DNA of 27,390 bases, taken from the NCBI GenBank assembly GCA_029717555.1, contig JAMDHS010000085.1, positions 62,001-89,390 on the forward strand, written 5' to 3'. Position numbers and translations under genes: made by a program. A model generated the notes under the pieces. It did no database searches. It worked only from the letters and a program-made list of their open reading frames with translations, and was not told the origin of the DNA. Shown one piece after another: positions 20,062 through 27,390 of the stretch (position 1 is the stretch's first letter; every line of letters starts with the position of its first letter). This DNA is from Peribolospora baueri. Its lineage: Eukaryota.

Positions 20062-21437
20062 TCAGGTGTCTCGGGCAGAAGCGGAGGCCGACGCGGGCGA
20101 AGGGGCGAACAGCCTTTTCGGCTTGAGATCCCGCGCAAAGTCCTCGTCCGAGGCAGGCGAGGCGGATCGAGAGGATGACGAAGATGGGTAGAGGTCGGGA
20201 TCGTCATACCAGACTCTTTTGCCGCGGCTGATGGCATAACAAGCAATGGCAGAGGACGAGGGATGAGGAGAGCGTTAGTTAGCGAGGCCAGTCAGCGTGG
20301 CCAGGGCGTGAGCAGACGACGTGGCGTGCGCTCGATCGGGGAGCAGAGGGAAGGCAAAACAAGAAAAGCGACTCACAACACGTAAGCAACCTTGCCCTCA
20401 ATCCGTTCAGCCGTCGCCTTCTCCCGCTCGCCGTGTACTCCCCGTCGTCTGCCCTTGGCCAAATCCGACGGTCCATCTTCAAGAAACGGGTTGTGCGGAG
20501 AGTCCCTTTCCGGCACACTGGGGAGGAGCTTCCTCCTGGGACGAGCGTCGCCCTCTGCCGCGGTAGCCGCCGAGGGCGCTCTGGCTTTGACGTTCTGCCG
20601 TGGCGTCGCCGAGGAAGGCAAGACGGGGGAGTGAGGAGGAGAAACGTTCACGTCGGTTGGGGCGGCGCCTTCTTCGTCGGGCCCGAAGCTGAACGAGCTG
20701 CGTCGTTTGGAGGTCGAAGAGAGGAAAGGATTGAGACCCGGGTCTTCGATAGGGCCTCGCGGCGGGCGAGACGAGGACGCGTGCAATCGACGGCGCGTGG
20801 GGAAGATGGTGGTAGAGGTGGTGGAGGTATCGACGAGGCGAGACAGGAAGGGTTGGTTCGACGCTCCGACGGGAGCACCAGGGATGCGAGCTGCTGAAGC
20901 CAAAGGCGTTGGCCCCCCGACGATGATGTCTTCCCTACCGTCCGCGGCAAACAGACGGTGAGGTTCGAACGGGAGGTTGACGACTCGCTCCTCCATCACG
21001 TCCTCTCCCTCCTCCGCGACGACTTCCCCCTCGGCGTCCTCATCCTCCTCGTCCAATTCGAGGTCCTCCTCCTCGTCCGCCTCCGCCTCATCGACATAAT
21101 CCAAATCCTCCTGAGGCGTGGGGCTGCTGCCCCGTCCGCCAGCCTCCCTCGGTCCCTTCCTGTTCCCGTCCACATCCACGCGCTCCTCCCCAGTCAGAGG
21201 CGGGGACAGGAGCATCGACCCGTCCCGCTTGACCGGGGGACCCGCCTTGCGCGGTGAGAGGCGCAGACGAGCGAACCTCTTCGCCGCCCGTCCTCCTTCT
21301 CCGCTCGCGGCGTCTTCTCCATCCTCGCCGAGCGCGGATGCATTGGTGCGCTTGCGAGGCACGGAGGGTGGGGGCGAGAGGAGGCCGCTGTGAGACGCGC
21401 CCCCAGCGCCGGGGGAAGCGAGTCGCGGGCCGGCCAT
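20062..21437 (-). CDS. Probable Rum1/Sic1-type cyclin-dependent kinase inhibitor, 2 exons: 21437-20377, 20227-20062 (408 aa)
   Basis: Low-complexity protein rich in S/T-P sites. The GT-AG intron 20376-20228 joins KVAYV|FRGKRVWYDDP. The C-terminal motifs PHNPFL...YVFRGKR...LKPKRLF occur in the same order as the CDK-inhibitory region of S. pombe Rum1 as I recall it. Exon sum 1227 nt. Confidence 0.75.
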
Positions 21438-22011
21438 GGCGAGAGAGGGAGTGGATGATAGTGTGCCGTCTCAACCGAATAAAGGGATGATGGACGATGT
21501 GAAAAGGAGGGCGGGAGTAGAGAACGAGGAAACAACGAGGACGTGGCGACGGATGAGGTGGATGTGTGATCGGATGGGGGTAGAGTGTGAACGAACACGC
21601 GCGGGCAGAGAGGAAAAGGGCGCGAGCAAGTCGGGACGAATGCGGAGCGAGGGCGAACGATAGGGTGAGCGACAGAGAGGGCGTGATCGAGCAAAGGAGG
21701 AAGCAAAGGGGATGAAGATGAGGATGATGATGATGAAGAAGAAAGGGATGGAGTGATGGGATGGAGGAAGGAGTGAAGTGGTTTGGCCGGCGTGTCTGCC
21801 TCGAGTCTGCCTCGCCTCGCCCGTCGCGCTCCCGCCCTCCCCCATTTGCGCGGTCGACGCGTGCCAAGGAAGTAGGGTTATGCAAACTCCCACGGCCACG
21901 TGCGCAGCGGATGATCGAGGGTTAGGGTGACTGCGGCAAGGCGGAAAGCGTTCTTCTGGCGGTCGTCGAGTCGAAGAAGAAAGACAAACATCAGACGACT
22001 CTGACTCGGTC

Positions 22012-22098
22012 GGAAGGAAGGAAGGAAGGAAGGAAGGAATCTAGATAAGATAGATAGATGGACGGGCATCGTTGACGACCACAACAACCACAACGACT
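22012..22098. repeat. Microsatellite cluster: (GGAA)n, (AGAT)n and an (ACN)n run upstream of LYS2
   Basis: ggaaggaaggaaggaaggaaggaaggaa, agatagatagat and acgaccacaacaaccacaacgact, read directly. Confidence 0.85.
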
Positions 22099-22125
22099 AC
22101 TTCTTCTAACCCCACCGCCATCGCC

Positions 22126-25100
22126 ATGAGCTCCTCTTCCGCGTCCGCACTCCCCCCGGCGGAGCTCGACGCTCGTCTCGACCGATGGCACCGCCGTCTC
22201 CAGAACCTGCCCGCCCTCGCCCTCCCAACCGACTACCCTCGCCCCTCCATCGCCTCACTCGTGCAAGCGGTCCAGTCTCGCACCCTTGACAGGCACACCT
22301 CTCGCGCCCTCGGCAGACTCGCTTTTCACGACACCGCCGATGACGACGACGTCGACGGCGAGAGCGACTCGGACCACTCCAACCAGCCGCACGCCTCGAC
22401 GACGCCGACGCCCTTCCATTTTCTCCTTGCTGCCTTCGCCGTGCTCCTTCATCGCTACACTGGCGACACCGACCTCATCATCGGCAGCTCCAGCGACAAG
22501 TCGGGCGAGCCGCTCGTGCTCCGCATTCCCATCGAACCCGATCACCCGTACTGGCAGGTCGTCCGGCGCGTTCAGGCCGTTGAGGCCGAGGGAGCTGCCG
22601 ACAGCGTGCCTTACGACGCTCTCCTCAGGCGATTGGAAGGTGGAAGGGGAAGGGAGACCGGGCCCGGTGGCCTCGCAGCGCCGTTGTTGAAGGTCCGCTT
22701 CTTCGACGAGACCGATCGCACGGAGCAGAGCTTCCTGCAGAGCACCGGTCTCACCTCCGACTTGACCGTCTTCGTCACCTCGCCCGACGCCGCCGCTCAC
22801 AGCAACGTCGACGGCGCCAATGGAGCCTCCTTGTCGTCCTCTATCGCCTCCCTCGACGCTGCTGCCCCCGCGACGCCCACCACCTCTCGGCAGACCGTCC
22901 AAGGCCCCGCCCTCGGTCTCAAGGTGACCTACAACTCTCTCCTCTTCTCCTCCTCCCGCATCTCCTTCCTCATCGAGCAGCTCTTCCGCGTCGTCCAACA
23001 AGCCGGTGCCCACCCCGATGGGCCAGTCGGACAGATGGATTTGCTCACGCCCAGCCAGATCGCCGTCCTGCCCGATCCCAAGCGGGACCTGGAATGGACG
23101 GGATGGAGAGGTAGCATCGTCGACATCTTTTCTGCCAACGCCCACGCCCACCCCGATCGGACGTGTATCGTGGAGAGCCTCCCTCCGCCTTTGTCCAAGG
23201 CTGGTGACGTCGCCTTTGGAAAGCCGGCCGAGTTCACGCGAACGTTCTCGTACAGGCAGATTGACGAGGCAAGCAACATCCTCGCTCATCACCTCGTAGC
23301 CGGCGGCGTCCAGAGGGAGGAGGTCGTGACCGTCTACGCTCACAGGAGCGCCGACCTCGCTGTCGCCGTCATGGGCGTGCTCAAGGCGGGGGCCACGTTC
23401 AACGTGATCGGTGGGTACACCGTCTTCGCTTTTTCCGAGTTTCCGTGGAAAGGCGACGGGCCGTACGGCTCAGTTGCCTTCCTTTCTCCGACCATCGGTA
23501 TCTCCTCACCTGCCTTGCTTTGCCTATCATCGGTTTCTCCTCAGACCCGGCTTATCCGCCGACGCGACAGAATATTTACCTTCAAGTCGCCCGCCCTCGC
23601 GCCCTCGTCATCCTCGCCCTCGCCGGCAAGCTCCACCCATCTGTGCGCTCTTACATCAACGACAATCTTTCCGTCCGCGTCGAGGTGCCGGGTCTGCGCA
23701 TCTCCGACGACGGTCGCCTCACCGGCGGCTTGGTCGCCGAGGGAGGAGAGGATATCTTGGATGCTGCGCAAGCTAAGAAGTCCGTTCCCGTCGGCATCCC
23801 TCTCGGTCCGGACAGTATCGGAACGCTCAGCTTTACCAGTGGCAGCACAGGAATTCCCAAGGGTGTGAGAGGTCGACACTTCTCGCTTACCCACTTCTTT
23901 CCCTGGATGAGCGTGAGGTTCGGCTTGAGTGAGAAGGACCGGTTCACGATGCTGTCCGGCATCGCCCACGACCCCATACAGAGGGACATTTTCACGCCTC
24001 TCTTCCTCGGTGCCGAGCTCCACGTGCCGACGGCGGACGATATCGGTACGCCCGGTCGCCTGGCCGAGTGGATGGCCGAGAGTGAAGTGACAGTCACCCA
24101 CCTGACGCCGGCGATGGGTCAACTGCTGTCAGCCCAAGCGACGCGCAAAATCACGACGCTGCGCAACGCCTTCTTCGTCGGCGACGTGCTCACCAAGCGC
24201 GACTGCTCCCGCCTCCAGGCGCTCGCTCCGAACGTGCGCATCATCAACATGTACGGCACCACCGAGACGCAGCGGGCCGTGTCCTATTTCGCCATTCCGT
24301 CCGTGAGCGAGGACTCTACGTTCCTCAACAACCAGAAGGACATCATGCCCGCCGGACAGGGCATGATCAACGTCCAGCTCCTCCTCGTCAACCGCAACGA
24401 CCGCACCAAGACATGCGCCGTCGGCGAGGTGGGCGAGATCTACGTGCGTTCCGGAGGCCTCTCCGAGGGCTACCTCGCGCTACCCGAGGCGACGGCAGAG
24501 AAGTTTGTACCCAACTTTCTTGCCCCCGACGTCGTGTGGCCGGACATCATCAAGGAACAGCACGCGGACAAGCCATACGCACAGTTCTGGAAGGGCGTCC
24601 GAGACTGCATGTACCGCTCCGGCGACCTCGGTCGGTACCTTCCCGACGGGACGGTCGAGTGCACGGGACGGGCGGACGACCAGGTCAAGATCCGCGGCTT
24701 TCGCATCGAGCTTGGCGAGATCGACACACACCTCTCCCAGCACCCGCACGTGCGCGAGAACGTGACGTTGGTGAGGAGGGATAAGGACGAGGAGAAGGTG
24801 CTGGTCAGTTACTTTGTCCCCGGAGCCGGCATCGAGAGCTTGCTGAGCGACGGGGACGGGGTAACGGAGGATGGCAAGGAGGAAGGGGAAGAAGGCGTCT
24901 TGAAGGGCGTCAGGAGGCATCGGAGGTTGATCAAGGACATCAGGGAGCACCTCAAGAAGAAGCTGCCTTCCTATTCCATTCCCACCGGTGAGTTCTCGTA
25001 CCGTGCTTTTTTATTCCCACTGGCTGTGCACCGGATGGGATCCGAAAAGGCCGAGTCTGAGGAATGGAGTCCTGACGATTTGCCCGGTCCTCCTCCCCGC

Positions 25101-27039
25101 TGCTCAGTCTTTGTTCCCCTCAAGCGTATGCCCCTTAACCCCAACGGCAAGATCGACAAGCCCGCTCTTCCGTTCCCCGATACGGCCGCCGCCGCTGCCG
25201 CCGTTTCTGCAGTGTCTTCCACGACGGCGACAGGCGGCGACGGGGCGAAGATGACAAAGACGGAGTCAACGATTCACGATCTCTGGGTCAAGCTCCTCAA
25301 CCCACCCCTCTCTCCAGGCCAGATCTTGCCTCTCGAAGAGAGCTTCTTCGACCTCGGCGGCCATTCCATCCTCGCCACTCGGCTCATCTTCGAGATCCGC
25401 AAGGCCTTTGTCGTCAACGCTCCCCTCGGCCTCGTTTTCGAAAAGCCCACCATCCGCGCTCTGGCAAAGGAAATTGATCATCTCCGCAACGCTGACCTCG
25501 GCTTTGACAGCAAGGACGCAATCCCGGCTCAGGCGAACGACAGCGACAGCAAGACCGCCCGGCAGGTGGTCGCGGGCGCGATCGTGGAGGATTACGCGGC
25601 GGACGTGGACGTGCTCGTCGATCGGCTCCCCGCCTCGTTCCCGCCCTTGCCAGAAAACTTTGGCCAGCGCAGCGGAGACAAGCTCACCGTCTTCCTCACT
25701 GGCGTCACCGGTTTCCTCGGCGCCTTCATCCTCCGTGACTTGCTTACCTCGAGGGCTGAGAGAATGGCCAAGGTCGTGTGTCTCGTGCGAGCGAAAGATG
25801 CGGCGAGCGGGATGAAGAGACTGAGAGAGAGCGGGGAGGCGAGGGGCGCTTGGGATGAGGGGTGGGTGGAGAAGCATAGGTTGGAGGTCGTCGTGGGCGA
25901 CTTGGAGACGGAGAAGTTTGGTTTGAGCGCAGCAGAGTGGGACAGGTTGGCTCGAGAGACGGATGTGTTGATTCATAACGGTGCCATGGTAAGTGGACTC
26001 TTTCTTTCTTTCACCGACGTTGATCATTTCCTCTGCAGCCCGTGCGTCCCTCCGGCGTTTATTCATTTTGATTGCGCCGCTCTGCTCCGAACAATCTTTT
26101 GTGCAGGTCCACTGGGTCTATCCGTACACCAAGCTCCGAGGGCCCAACGTGCTCGCCACGCTGACCGCCATCTCCCTCGCCGCCACCTCGCGACCCAAGC
26201 TATTCACCTTTGTCTCGTCCACGGCTACGCTCGATACGGAGCAGTACGTGCACATCTCGGACGCCATCATCGAGCGTGGCGGTCGCGGCCTGCCGGAGGA
26301 CGATGACCTTTCGACGAGCAGGACTGGCCTCAAGTCGGGGTACGGCCAGTCCAAGTGGGTCGCTGAGCAGGTCATCATGGAGGCCAGTCGACGAGGCCTC
26401 CGGGGCGCCATCATCCGTCCAGGCTACGTGGTGGGCGACAGCACGAGCGCGGTGACCAACACGGACGACTTCATTTGGCGAATGGTCAAAGGTTGTCTCC
26501 AGCTCGGTCTCGTGCCGGACATTGACAACACGGTCAACATGGTTCCCGTCGATCACGTCGCCCGATGCGTCACCCTGCCCACTCTCTCCTCTCGTACGCC
26601 CTCTCAGCCGCTCAAAGTCCACCACGTCACCGCTCGTCCTCCGCTTCGGTTCAACGACCTCCTCTCAGCTCTTGGCACGTACGGCTACCCGGTATCGCGC
26701 GTGGACTACGTCGTCTGGCGAACCGAACTCGAGCGGCATGTGCTCAAGGTGCAGGATAACGCCCTCTTCCCCCTTCTCCACTTTGTCCTCGACGACCTGC
26801 CCACGAGCACCAAAGGTCCCGAGCTGGACGACTCGAACACGGAGGCGGCGCTGGCAGAGTTTGGGGAGAGGCCCGAAGGGATGGGCGTGGACGAGCGGTT
26901 GATGGGCGTGTACATCGCTTGGCTCGTCGCTGCCGGCTTCTTGCCCGCGCCTCCCGATGGCGGCGCCAAAGGACGGTTGCAGCTTCCCAAGCTCGACCTC
27001 GGTAACCTCAAGGCCATCGGGAGGAGCTCTGGCAACTGA
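22126..27039 (+). CDS. LYS2: L-2-aminoadipate reductase (NRPS-like, adenylation-PCP-reductase), 4 exons: 22126-23410, 23545-24987, 25108-25988, 26107-27039 (1513 aa)
   Basis: N-terminal LPTDYPRP; A-domain LSFTSGSTGIPKGVRGRH, NMYGTTETQRAVS, YRSGDLGRY, GRADDQVKIRGFRIELGEID and PLNPNGKIDK; PCP FFDLGGHSILATRL; reductase VFLTGVTGFLG and GYGQSKWVAE. Introns GT-AG. Exon sum 4542 nt. Confidence 0.97.
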
Positions 27040-27361
27040 TGGGTCGACGCGGGTGAAGCGGTGGACGTCCTGGGGGTTGTGAGCAGTTCAGTCCGTGATA
27101 TTATTAGCAGATTGGGGTCATGAAAGTGATTTTCTTCAGAACGTGCGTGATGTGTGTCGCCCGCGCGGAAGGAGAGGCGAGCGCCGACGCCTTTCATCGG
27201 GGTGATGCAATTCGGACTCGGCTCGGAGCTTGCTCGCACCATCCATTGGCTCGTTCGGACGAGTGGTGATAACGTCAGACAACGGCGATCAAACTGGGCT
27301 CGACAGCCCCGGGGCACGCACGCGTGGCTGGAGAAAGAGAGAGAAAGAAGCTGACGAGCGG

Positions 27362-27390
27362 AAAAAAAAAAAAAAAAAAAAAAAAAAAAA
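27362..27390. repeat. Poly(A) run at the window end
   Basis: 29 consecutive A bases run to the last position. Confidence 0.9.

Noticed and set aside
22072..22125. Poly-Thr N-terminal extension of LYS2 from the ORF-track start at 22072
   Set aside because: It starts at TTG and comes from an (ACN)n microsatellite. The ATG at 22126 has good context (GCCATG).
22255..26625. Long antisense ORFs inside LYS2 (362, 193, 156 and 266 aa) and similar ones in ADE5,7 and RPL24
   Set aside because: These are shadow ORFs expected from GC-rich codon usage, with no recognisable motifs.
22126..27039. LYS2 as a secondary-metabolite NRPS or cluster backbone
   Set aside because: The single A-PCP-reductase module carries Lys2-type motifs (GVRGRHFSLTHFFPW, TTETQRAVS) and no tailoring genes are nearby. 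It is primary lysine metabolism.
27362..27390. Terminal poly(A) as an mRNA tail or LINE/SINE end
   Set aside because: The sequence is genomic (introns present) and no element body or target-site duplication is visible. It is probably a homopolymer at a window or contig end.

Overview
Intron-rich, GC-rich fungal nuclear DNA, most likely basidiomycete (GTGAGT/GTGCGT/GTAAGT donors, YAG/AAG acceptors). I spliced eight intact genes by hand, and each exon sum is a multiple of 3: RPL24 (+), calmodulin (-), a WASP/Las17 homologue (-), UBC13 (+), a Gemin2/Brr1-family protein (-), bifunctional ADE5,7 (+), a probable Rum1/Sic1-type CDK inhibitor (-) and LYS2 (+). An accessory block at about 2.3-6.5 kb holds a broken GH5 beta-mannanase-like gene, rearranged Ty3/gypsy remnants (pol on +, gag on -, joined at a 20-bp inverted repeat) and a possible decayed membrane-protein gene. 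The most striking feature is calmodulin intron 5. The gene gives the canonical 149-aa protein only if this intron is spliced AT...AC (ATGAGT...CAGCAC), and its donor looks U2-type, not U12-type. A second ATGAGT donor lies in the GH5 remnant. All family calls come from motif recognition, not database searches.
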